A stretch of DNA of 64,000 nt from NCBI GenBank assembly GCA_963810095.1, contig CAWEMM010000013.1, forward strand, positions 116,355-180,354. The letters run 5' to 3'. A program made the translations under genes and the position numbers. The stretch's first letter is position 1. The number at the start of each line of letters is the position of its first letter. The DNA is from an uncultured Chloroflexia bacterium. Lineage in GTDB: Bacteria; Chloroflexota; Anaerolineae; CG2-30-64-16. The notes under the pieces were generated by a model that worked only from the letters and a program-made list of their open reading frames with translations, was not told the origin of the DNA and did not search any database. Of the stretch, positions 19,136-27,919 are shown in pieces.

Positions 19136-20983
19136 ATGTGTGGGATCGTAGGTTATATCGGGCCGCGCAACGCTGCCGAAATCATCCTGGAGGGCTTGCG
19201 CCGGTTGGAATATCGCGGGTACGACTCAGCCGGGATTGCAGTGATCAGCGACGGCGAGATCGAGGTGCGCCGCGATGTCGGCAAGCTGAGCAACCTGGCG
19301 CGCTGCCTGGACGAGAGCCCGATCGCCGGGCATATTGGCGTGGGCCATACTCGCTGGGCGACGCACGGCAAGCCGAGCGAACGCAACGCACACCCGCATG
19401 CCGACTACTCGGGGCAGTTGGTCGTCGTGCAGAACGGCATCGTCGAGAACTTCCGCGAGCTGCGAGCGGAGCTGGAAGCCGAGGGCATTCCGTTCCAGTC
19501 CGAGACGGACACCGAGGTCATCGCCCACCTGATCGGGCTGCATTACCAGGCCGATACGACACTCGAGCAGGCGGTCCGGCTGGCGCTGGCCCAGCTGCGG
19601 GGACCGAGCGCAATTGTGGCTTTGTCGAAGCGCGAGCCCGGGACCTTGGTGAGCGCGCGGCTGGGCAACGCAGGCGGTGTCGCCGTCGGCTACGGCGAGG
19701 GCGAGATGTTCATCGCGTCCGACATGCCTGCCATCCTCGAGCACACCCGGCGGATGGTCTTCCTCGAAAGCCGCCAGATGGCGGTCGTGACGCAGGAGGG
19801 CGCAACCTTCTCCACGCTCGACGGCAAGGAACTGACGCCCAAGCTCCACAACATCCCCTGGGACCCGATTTCTGCTGCGAAGGGCGAGTACAAGCACTTC
19901 ATGCAGAAGGAAATCTTCGAGCAGGCGAATTCGCTTACGGACACAATTCGGGGCCGGGTGGACCTGGGCCGCGGGGAAGTGCACCTGGAGCAGTTGACCT
20001 TGGGCGAGGTCGAGGCGCGGGGGCTGACCCAGTTGGTGAGCGTTGCGTGCGGAACGAGCATGCACTCCGAACTGGTCGGCGCATTCATGTTCGAGCAACT
20101 GGCCCGGCTGCCCGTGCGGGTGGAGTACGCCTCCGAGTTTCGCTACCGGGACCCGGTGCTTGACCAGCACACGCTGATGCTGGCAATCACGCAGTCGGGC
20201 GAGACGGTGGACACGCTGGCCGCCATGGAGGAAGGCAAGGCGCACGGCGCGCACCTGGTATCGATCGTCAACGTGATCGGGAGTCAGGCGGCTCGGGTCA
20301 GCGACAGCGTCGTGTACATGCACACCGGGCCCGAGATCGGCGTCGCGTCGACCAAAGCCTTCACTGCATCTCTGGTCGACCAGTACCTGCTCGCGGTCCA
20401 GCTGGGCACGCTGCGCGGGACGCTGGACGCCGACCAGCGGCGCCGGCTGCTCGACGACCTCGCGCAGCTCCCCAACCTGGTGGGGAAGGTGCTCGACCCG
20501 GCGAATGTGGCCCAGTACGAGAAGCTGGCCCAAACGTTCTTCCACTACACCAACTTCCTCTATCTCGGCCGGGGGATAAACTTCCCCATCGCGCTGGAGG
20601 GTGCGCTGAAGCTCAAGGAGATCAGCTACATCCATGCGGAGGGCTATCCGGCGGGAGAAATGAAGCATGGACCAATCGCGCTGATCGACGAGAACATGCC
20701 GGTGGTGGTCGTGGCCCCGCAGGACCGGGTGTACGACAAGATGATCAGCCAGGTGGAGCAGGTGCGGGCTCGTGGCGGCATCGTGATCGCCGTTGCCACC
20801 GAGGGCGACGACTTCATCGCCACCAAGGCCCAGCACGTGATCACCGTACCGAAGACGTCGGAGATGCTGACGCCGGTGCTGACCGTGATCCCGCTGCAGC
20901 TGCTGGCGTACTACATGGCCGTGCGGCGGGGCGCGGATGTGGATCAGCCGCGGAACCTGGCGAAGAGCGTGACGGTGGAGTAG
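19136..20983 (+). CDS. glmS: Glutamine--fructose-6-phosphate transaminase
   Basis: MCGIVG N-terminus, LEYRGYDSAG, HTRWATHG, PRNLAKSVTVE C-terminus. Confidence 0.98.
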   Translation: MCGIVGYIGPRNAAEIILEGLRRLEYRGYDSAGIAVISDGEIEVRRDVGKLSNLARCLDESPIAGHIGVGHTRWATHGKPSERNAHPHADYSGQLVVVQNGIVENFRELRAELEAEGIPFQSETDTEVIAHLIGLHYQADTTLEQAVRLALAQLRGPSAIVALSKREPGTLVSARLGNAGGVAVGYGEGEMFIASDMPAILEHTRRMVFLESRQMAVVTQEGATFSTLDGKELTPKLHNIPWDPISAAKGEYKHFMQKEIFEQANSLTDTIRGRVDLGRGEVHLEQLTLGEVEARGLTQLVSVACGTSMHSELVGAFMFEQLARLPVRVEYASEFRYRDPVLDQHTLMLAITQSGETVDTLAAMEEGKAHGAHLVSIVNVIGSQAARVSDSVVYMHTGPEIGVASTKAFTASLVDQYLLAVQLGTLRGTLDADQRRRLLDDLAQLPNLVGKVLDPANVAQYEKLAQTFFHYTNFLYLGRGINFPIALEGALKLKEISYIHAEGYPAGEMKHGPIALIDENMPVVVVAPQDRVYDKMISQVEQVRARGGIVIAVATEGDDFIATKAQHVITVPKTSEMLTPVLTVIPLQLLAYYMAVRRGADVDQPRNLAKSVTVE

Positions 20984-21083
20984 GGGCCGGCCGGCTCCGC
21001 TCTTCAGAACCGGCCCGTGGAGACGGGACGGAACCCAGCCCGGCGCACGGCGCGTTGCGGCTGTTCATTCTTCAGTCAGTGAT

Positions 21084-21117
21084 CTCCTGGCGACACGGGG
21101 AGCTGTGTCGCCAGGAG
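21084..21117. terminator. Strong hairpin between convergent genes (probable terminator)
   Basis: Perfect 13-bp stem CTCCTGGCGACAC/GTGTCGCCAGGAG, no clear U tract. Confidence 0.55.
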
Positions 21118-21143
21118 CAGGCTGTTGTGATTCCCGACCCGCG

Positions 21144-22673
21144 CTACTCCACCACGAACACCGCGTCCGACATGCTGGCGATGCATGCCGCGTCGGGCGC
21201 GCGGTATGGGTCCTGGAGGAATTGCGATTGGATCGAGGTCCAACAGCGGCTGAGGAAGCCATCCGTGTGCCCCATGCTCGGAAACACGTACCGGAAAGCA
21301 TGCGGCAAGCCCCGGGCGGCGACCTCGCCGAACGCGGGTGGTGTGCCCGAGTCGAGTTCACCCGACAGGATCAGCACCGGAACCTCAGTCTGCACATGCC
21401 CTTCCAGGGCGACGTGCGGCACCTTCCATACTCCGCACACGTCGCCCATATCCATGAACTCGTCGAGGACGTCTGAGGCGATGCTTTCGGGTAGCTCGCG
21501 GGCCGCGGCGATCATTCCCGCCCGCGTCGGATTGGACCACTCCTCCGCGCATTCCACAGAGTAGTGCATGCCCCAGCTCGTGGTTTCGCCCGGCTCGCCC
21601 GCCGACTGCACTTCGCCCAGCTTCTGCAGCAGCCGATAGTCACGGCGGTAAGTGTTGTGAATCAGCATGGGCAGCCAGCGGATGGTCGAAACGTCGAACA
21701 TTGCATTCCAGGTCAGCTCAAGGAAGTCGCCGCCGTCGAAATGGCCGCCCCCGGGCACGGGGAGCGGCGTCCGGTCGAGCTGCTCGATCAGCCCGTAGAA
21801 GTCCGCCTTGATGTCCGGATAGGACCTCCGACACGCCGGGTCCGTCTCGCAGTGGGCGAAGAGGGCATCGAGTTGGTGCGCGTACTCTCGCACAGTGTCG
21901 ACGTACCAGTTCAGTTCAGGCGGAACGACGCTGTCGAGGACGACCGCCCGCACGTGGTCGCCGTAACCCCGCAGCACCTCGTAAGCGAGGCGGGTGCCGT
22001 ATGAGCCGCCGACCAGGTTGATCTGTTCGAAGCCCAGGGCCCGGCGGACGTCGTCCACGTCCGCGGCATTTTCCAACGTGTTGTACGCCGAGAGGTCTCT
22101 TCCCGCTTTGACCAGCCGTTCGTAGCAATCCTCATAATCCTCGCCATGACACTTCAGCGACGGCTCGGAGTACCCCGCCCCTCGTTGATCGAACAGGACC
22201 AGGGGGCGCTGTGCCAGGTCGCCGACCCAGAGGTCCATGGCCGCTCGAAACTCCAGCCGGTCCCGCAACTGCCCCTCATACTCGGGCGGGGGATAGCCTT
22301 GTGTTTTCAGCTTGTCATAATCTTGAAACAGGGCCACCATGAGGCTGATCACATCCTGGCCCGGGCCCCCGCCGAGTAGGAACGTTGGCTCGCCGCGCGG
22401 CCCACTGCCGGCTTGCCGCAGCACCATCACTGCGAGGCGGATAGAGCCGCTATCGGGTTTGCTACGGTTTTCCGGCACCGAGACGAAGCCGCAGCTGGCA
22501 GTTAGGCCGGTCGGGAGCGAGCCCCAGCACGGCGCCGGTTGACAGGCGGCAGAGGTCGTCCCGGCCGGAGCAGGCTGCAGAGTCGTGGCGACGGCAGCTT
22601 TCGGCACGGCAGCCGGCTGGCAGCCCGCGAGCAAAACGAGGACGAGAGCAGCAAAGCAAGGGAAACGATGCAC
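21144..22673 (-). CDS. Lipoprotein alpha/beta hydrolase with TAP-like C-terminus
   Basis: Lipobox LLAGC, GGGPG, DQRGAG, GGSYGT nucleophile, late D and H residues; AAGGAG RBS before GTG. Confidence 0.85.
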   Translation of the reverse strand: MHRFPCFAALVLVLLAGCQPAAVPKAAVATTLQPAPAGTTSAACQPAPCWGSLPTGLTASCGFVSVPENRSKPDSGSIRLAVMVLRQAGSGPRGEPTFLLGGGPGQDVISLMVALFQDYDKLKTQGYPPPEYEGQLRDRLEFRAAMDLWVGDLAQRPLVLFDQRGAGYSEPSLKCHGEDYEDCYERLVKAGRDLSAYNTLENAADVDDVRRALGFEQINLVGGSYGTRLAYEVLRGYGDHVRAVVLDSVVPPELNWYVDTVREYAHQLDALFAHCETDPACRRSYPDIKADFYGLIEQLDRTPLPVPGGGHFDGGDFLELTWNAMFDVSTIRWLPMLIHNTYRRDYRLLQKLGEVQSAGEPGETTSWGMHYSVECAEEWSNPTRAGMIAAARELPESIASDVLDEFMDMGDVCGVWKVPHVALEGHVQTEVPVLILSGELDSGTPPAFGEVAARGLPHAFRYVFPSMGHTDGFLSRCWTSIQSQFLQDPYRAPDAACIASMSDAVFVVE

Positions 22674-22887
22674 ACGTTCTCCTTGCACGACGGCGCGGCG
22701 CTTCTCCACCAACTCCTGGCGGAGATCGAACCGCCGTCGCTAACCGGCGTGCTGAACGTCACTACGTCAAAGCCCACCGCTCGGTAGCGGGCAGGCGTCG
22801 AATGTGACCTGGAACGTGCGCGCTGCGTCCACCGCTAGCACGCCGTGCTCGACGCGAGTTGCGGGGCGGCGAGGTCCGGCGCCGGTT

Positions 22888-24031
22888 CTAGTGGACCGCC
22901 GGCTCGATGTAGGTTTCGATCAGGTAGTAGATCGGGTCGTGGTTGGGCAGGTTCGCGCGGATCGCGACCACGAGGTCCTTCTCCGGGTTGACGTAGATTG
23001 TCTGGCCAAAGCGCCCCAGGGCCATGTACGCGGGGAACTTGGGGTGCGTCCACCACTGGTAGCCATAACCGTTGGCGTTGTCCGTCGTAGTGTGCTTCGC
23101 GGTGGCCGCCTGCACCCACTCGGGCGTCGCGATCTGCTCCCCATCCCATACGCCCCCGCGGAGGAACAGGTACCCCAGCTTGGCCATTTCCCGGGCCGTC
23201 AACTGGAGCCCCCAGCCACCCAGCGCAACCCCGTCGCGGCCAGGCATCCAGTACGCCTCGGTGATCCCCAAGGGGCTCAACAGCTCCTGCTGGGCAAAAT
23301 CCTGCGCCTTCATGCCCGTCACCTTACTCACAAGCGTGGTCAGCAGGTGCGAGCACCCCGAGCAATAGTTGAAGTCGGTGCCCGGCGCCGCCGCCATCGG
23401 ACGATCGAGCATGAACTTCATCGGGTCGCTTGACGAGTAGAACGCGCTCAGTGTGGCATCATCATCTGTCCATACCAGCCCCGTCCGCATGGTCAGCACG
23501 TCTTCCAGCGTCATCGCCCGTTTGCGGTCGTCCACGTTTTCGTAAGCGCCCGGCAGCAAGTCCAGGATCTTGGCATGCAGGTCGGTGAGGAAGCCTTTGC
23601 GCTGTGCGATGCCAACCAGGGTGGATGCGAAGCTTTTGGTCACCGAGTACACCTCGCCGCGGCTCGTGGGACCCTGGCCCACCGCGTACTGCTCGAACAC
23701 GATGTATCCGTCACGCACCACGACCACGCTCTTGACGTCCAATCCCTTCAGCCGGACGTAATCCATCATCGCGGACAGCCGCCCCGCATCGACATGCATG
23801 CGCTGCGGGTCCGTCGGTCTGCCAGCCCTGCGTCGGCCAGTAGCCGGCCTGGGGCCGCGGCGCTCCGGGCTGAAGGGTCACGGCCGGCGCGGGCTGGGCT
23901 GCGTCAGGTGCGGGGGGAGCGAGCGGGGCTGTGCGATTCGCCTGGCATGCGGCGAGTAACGCAAGCACCAGCAGGATCAGCACGGCGAGTAAGGCGGCGC
24001 GGACGAGTGGGCTGGGCGTAATGGCTGGCAT
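22888..24031 (-). CDS. Lipoprotein serine hydrolase (beta-lactamase class C-like family), frameshifted near 23800
   Basis: Lipobox LLAAC and YWPTQGW in one frame; SVTKS, FNYCSG, YGYQWW, ALGRFGQ in another. Confidence 0.85.
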
Positions 24032-24161
24032 GGTGTCGCTCCGTGAGGTTAGCATCTATCTGTAAAAGCTCTGGCCGATTTCCGACGGCCGCGAGGCCCC
24101 GCCAACGAGTGTACTCCATTCTACCACCAGAATGGTGGCTCGCCTCAACCAATAAATGCTA

Positions 24162-24191
24162 TTGACTATTGGGGATAAGTTCGGCTACAAT
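24162..24191 (+). promoter_or_regulatory. Putative sigma70 promoter for the clostripain-CHAT operon
   Basis: TTGACT-18 bp-TACAAT; GGAGG RBS downstream. Confidence 0.6.
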
Positions 24192-24223
24192 AACGTGGTG
24201 TGGCAACCCGAATGGAGGAAGAG

Positions 24224-25516
24224 ATGAGCGCGCCCAAATCTCGCTCTTGGACGATCATGGTCTACATGGCCGGCGACAACGGCAAGGTGTTCCATACGAC
24301 TGCCGGTCCAATCCGGCTGATGGCCGAAATGACCAGCGCGGGCTACAAGGATATCTGGAAGATGGGCCAGGTGGGTTCGACCCCCGCGGCCGCAGTGACG
24401 TGCCTGTTTGACACGCTGCACGGTTCCTACCTGGTGGAGGTGCGCAAGGGCAACGGCATGGCCAACAGCGTGGTCCAGGCGCTGCCTGCGGTTAACATGG
24501 GCGACCCTGAGAACCTGCGCGATTTCATCATCCGTTCGATGACGAGCTATCCTGCCGAGCGCTATGCGCTGGTGTTGTGGAACCACGGGCTCGGCTGGCT
24601 CGACGTGGACATCTACGCGCATGTCAGGCACGAGCCGGGGATGACCCCGAAGAGCGCTTCCGGTCATGCCCCAGTGTTCCGCTCGACGCCCGCCCGCATG
24701 AGCGGCGGCGAGCAGACGCGACCGATCGCGTTCGACGACACGAGCAAGGACTTCCTGGACACCGAAGGGCTGCGCCGGGCGCTCTCCGAGGCGGCGACTG
24801 CAACCGGCCACCGTCTCGACCTCATCGGCATGGACGCCTGCCTGATGGCGATGATCGAAGGCGCCCGCGAGCTCCAGCCCTTTGCCGATTATTTCGTCGC
24901 CTCACAGGAAGTGGAACCGATGGACGGCTGGCCCTATGCAGCCATCCTCAAGGCGATCAATGCGCGGCCGCTCATGGCGCCCGCGGAGTTGGCGCAGGTG
25001 GTTGTGGACGAGTACGCCGCGGGTTATAATGGCAAGACACGCGCGGCTGAGGAAGACCCGGTTACCCAGTCGGCCATCGTGACGGCCAACACCGAGGTGA
25101 CCGAACAGCTGGCGCGCGAGGTGGTCGACGCGTTGATGTACGATCCGGCCCCGGCCCTCCGGACGATGGCGCAAAGGGCAGTCGACCGCACGTTGACCTT
25201 CCAGGACCGCAACTACAAGGACCTGGGCTGCTTTGCGGCCGCGCTGGCGGTCGAAGCGGCGCAGGTAACGCACCGCAGCGGGCCGCGCATCAAGGCGGCT
25301 GCGGAGGCGTTGGCGAGCCACCTTGCCTCACGAGGCGAGGGCGCGCCCGTGCTGCGGCTGGGCTTTCTGCCCACTTATCAGGGGGCCACCGGCCTATCCG
25401 TCTTCCTGCCCCGGATGCTGAGCATGGGACGGCGGGAAGAGACGATGCGGGTGTATCGGAAGCTGGTCTTCCCACAGCGGACGGGCTGGGACCGGCTGGT
25501 GGAGTGGCTCCTCTAA
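24224..25516 (+). CDS. Clostripain-family (C11) cysteine peptidase without signal peptide
   Basis: WTIMVYMAGDN, NMGDPENL, LWNHGLGW (catalytic His), GMDACLMA (catalytic Cys), ASQEVEP..GWPY, GLSVFLP. Confidence 0.92.
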   Translation: MSAPKSRSWTIMVYMAGDNGKVFHTTAGPIRLMAEMTSAGYKDIWKMGQVGSTPAAAVTCLFDTLHGSYLVEVRKGNGMANSVVQALPAVNMGDPENLRDFIIRSMTSYPAERYALVLWNHGLGWLDVDIYAHVRHEPGMTPKSASGHAPVFRSTPARMSGGEQTRPIAFDDTSKDFLDTEGLRRALSEAATATGHRLDLIGMDACLMAMIEGARELQPFADYFVASQEVEPMDGWPYAAILKAINARPLMAPAELAQVVVDEYAAGYNGKTRAAEEDPVTQSAIVTANTEVTEQLAREVVDALMYDPAPALRTMAQRAVDRTLTFQDRNYKDLGCFAAALAVEAAQVTHRSGPRIKAAAEALASHLASRGEGAPVLRLGFLPTYQGATGLSVFLPRMLSMGRREETMRVYRKLVFPQRTGWDRLVEWLL

Positions 25517-25534
25517 CAGGAACCGGGAGGCTGT

Positions 25535-27772
25535 ATGCCCTTTCGACGTGATCTCGCCGCTGCCACGCTCACTAATGTCGCGGCAGCGCTCCATGCGAAC
25601 TGGGCGCAGCTGCCGCAGACCGGGCAGGACCAGGTCAAGCGCCTGATCGACCAATACGGTCACGAGATTTTCCAGAAGAATGCGGCCAATCGCGCCGTAA
25701 GTATGGTGCGGCTGCTGGACGAAGTCGCGGTGGTTCCCGGCCTGCCGCCGTCTGTGACGGCCGCGTTAGCCGCAGGGAACGGCGAAACGACCTCAGGGTT
25801 CGTCCGCATCTCCGACGAGCAGCGCGATCAGGTATTGGACGCGTTGGTGCAGGTGTACGACGCCCGGCGGTACGACGAGCCGTACGAGCTGGCCGAACAG
25901 GTGCGCGGCCAGCTGCAGGCTGCGGCGGGGCAGTTAGATGCGAAGACGCGGCTACGTTGGCACGAACTGGACCTGGTGTACCAGGCCGGCGGGAACCCCG
26001 CCGATTATCTGGACGTGCTCACGGCCGTCCTGGGCGACCAGGCGCCGGCAGTGCGGGATATGATCAATGCGGGCAAGAGTTGGGGCGCCGTTCCCAAGTT
26101 GAGCGCAGCCAAACCGCCGCCGGCGGGCGGTGCGAAGGGCCTGGAGACGGGTGGGGATTTTGCGCTCGCCGGCCCATCCACGGGAGGCGGCCGCGGCCTC
26201 GACGAGCCATCGCCCACGCCCGTGCAGCCGGGCCCCGTCCAGGTGCAGCGCTCGGCCAACGTCTACTTCCCCAAGACCGTGCAACTCAGCCAGAAGATGA
26301 TCCCGTTGATCGTCCACATCGCCCGGGAGCAAGCCGAGCAAACCGTAAAAATCCAGCAGGGGTCAAGCGGGCTGTCGCTGACCGTGGGCGATATGAAGAT
26401 CTTCGTGCTGACCGCCGACTTCACCGTCGAGCGCGCGATCGGCGGGCGCGAGATCGAGGACGTGGAGTACGGGCGTATCGTGCGGGTGAGCCCGGAGGCC
26501 GACTCGGAGCCTCTTGTCTTCTTCCTCTCGCCCACCTCCGCAGGCGAGAAGCGCATCAGCATCGAATTCAAGCAGTCAGGCAAGCGCATCGGGTCCCTGG
26601 CGTTCGACGTTGCCGTGATCGAAGAGGCTGTGCCCGCGACCCGACTGGCCGGCGTCATGGACGGTCAGCCGCCGTTCCTCGTCTCTGCGGCCGGAACGAC
26701 CGGCGCGGCTCCTATCGCCGTGCCCGACCTTGACCTGCGCGTGCTTGTGGAAGGCAAGACGCTGAGCTACGTCCTGAGCTCGGCCGACGGCAAGTACGAC
26801 GAGAAGAAGCTCGGCTCGAAGGTGCTCCTGATCGACCCCGCGCCGTTCTTTGCGAACATCACGCAGCAGCTGAGCGACCTGGCCGCCCGGAGGCCCGAGT
26901 ATCGCACCGGCGACGACAAGGCTCTCCCGGGCCAGTTGGGCGCCCAGCTTTGGGATCAACTGGCTTCCGACGAGTTGCGCGGGGTCTACAAGGACGACCT
27001 GCGGGTGAACTACTCTGGGAAGAGCCTCAAAATTACCACCGACGAGCCGTGGATTCCGTGGGAGATGCTGCGGCCGGTGGAGCTCGAGAACGGGGCCTTC
27101 GTCGTCGACGATTCGCCCCTCTGCGAGACGTTCCGCCTCACCCGCTGGCTGGACGGCCGGGGCGCGCCCGAGCGTGTGCAGGTGAAGGCGGGAGTCATCG
27201 TGGCGCCCCCCGAGGACACGCTGCCCTCCGTCCTAGAGGAACTGGCCTACTTCAAAGCCTTGCCCTGGTTTGCCGCACTTCGTACCAAGGATGAGGTCAA
27301 CCGGGCGCTGAGTGCCGGCGCGGGAGACCTCTTCCACTTCTCGTGTCACGGTGGGGTGGATCCAAACGATGCCTGGCTCAAGCTTGGCGACGACTATCTA
27401 AAGGCAAGCAGCATCTTGTACGGCCGGGACGTGAATCTCTCGATGGCGTTCATTTTCCTCAACGCCTGCGAGGCAGGGCAGGCCAACCTGACCATCACCG
27501 GGCTGGGCGGCTGGGCACAGGCTTTCCTCCGCCGCTATGCGAGCGTCTTCATCGGGTCGCTCTGGTCGATCAACGATGCGCTGGCCTCGCGCTTCGCGCG
27601 CGCCTTCTACGATGCGCTGCTGGGGCTGAACGGGCAGGAGGCTCAGACGGTCGGCGTGGCGTTTCAGGCCGCCCGGCAGGCGATCAAGGCGCTGGACCCC
27701 GACAATCCCACATGGCTGGCGTACGTCCTCTACGGCGACCCCAACGGCCGGGTGGTCGTGGAGACGAAATAG
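25535..27772 (+). CDS. CHAT-domain (caspase-like) protein with uncharacterised N-terminal domains
   Basis: IPWEML, FHFSCHG (His), FLNACEAG (Cys), IGSLWSIND, WLAYVLYGDP; 18 bp after clostripain with GGGAGG RBS. Confidence 0.9.
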   Translation: MPFRRDLAAATLTNVAAALHANWAQLPQTGQDQVKRLIDQYGHEIFQKNAANRAVSMVRLLDEVAVVPGLPPSVTAALAAGNGETTSGFVRISDEQRDQVLDALVQVYDARRYDEPYELAEQVRGQLQAAAGQLDAKTRLRWHELDLVYQAGGNPADYLDVLTAVLGDQAPAVRDMINAGKSWGAVPKLSAAKPPPAGGAKGLETGGDFALAGPSTGGGRGLDEPSPTPVQPGPVQVQRSANVYFPKTVQLSQKMIPLIVHIAREQAEQTVKIQQGSSGLSLTVGDMKIFVLTADFTVERAIGGREIEDVEYGRIVRVSPEADSEPLVFFLSPTSAGEKRISIEFKQSGKRIGSLAFDVAVIEEAVPATRLAGVMDGQPPFLVSAAGTTGAAPIAVPDLDLRVLVEGKTLSYVLSSADGKYDEKKLGSKVLLIDPAPFFANITQQLSDLAARRPEYRTGDDKALPGQLGAQLWDQLASDELRGVYKDDLRVNYSGKSLKITTDEPWIPWEMLRPVELENGAFVVDDSPLCETFRLTRWLDGRGAPERVQVKAGVIVAPPEDTLPSVLEELAYFKALPWFAALRTKDEVNRALSAGAGDLFHFSCHGGVDPNDAWLKLGDDYLKASSILYGRDVNLSMAFIFLNACEAGQANLTITGLGGWAQAFLRRYASVFIGSLWSINDALASRFARAFYDALLGLNGQEAQTVGVAFQAARQAIKALDPDNPTWLAYVLYGDPNGRVVVETK

Positions 27773-27778
27773 GGGCGT

Positions 27779-27872
27779 TCACCACTAAGGCACAAAGACA
27801 CAAAGGCGCGGAGGCGGCGAGTGTGAGAAGCGGCTCTTCGTGAATCTTGGCGTCTTCGTGTCTTGGTGGTAA
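27779..27872. repeat. Intergenic 9-nt-periodic palindrome, flavour A, copy 5
   Basis: ACCACTAAGGCACAAAGACACAAAG..CTTGGCGTCTTCGTGTCTTGGTGGT. Confidence 0.8.
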
Positions 27873-27919
27873 GGGGTTGCCTTCGCTCCCCGGCCAATTC
27901 TCCGGTATAATACCGCCCC

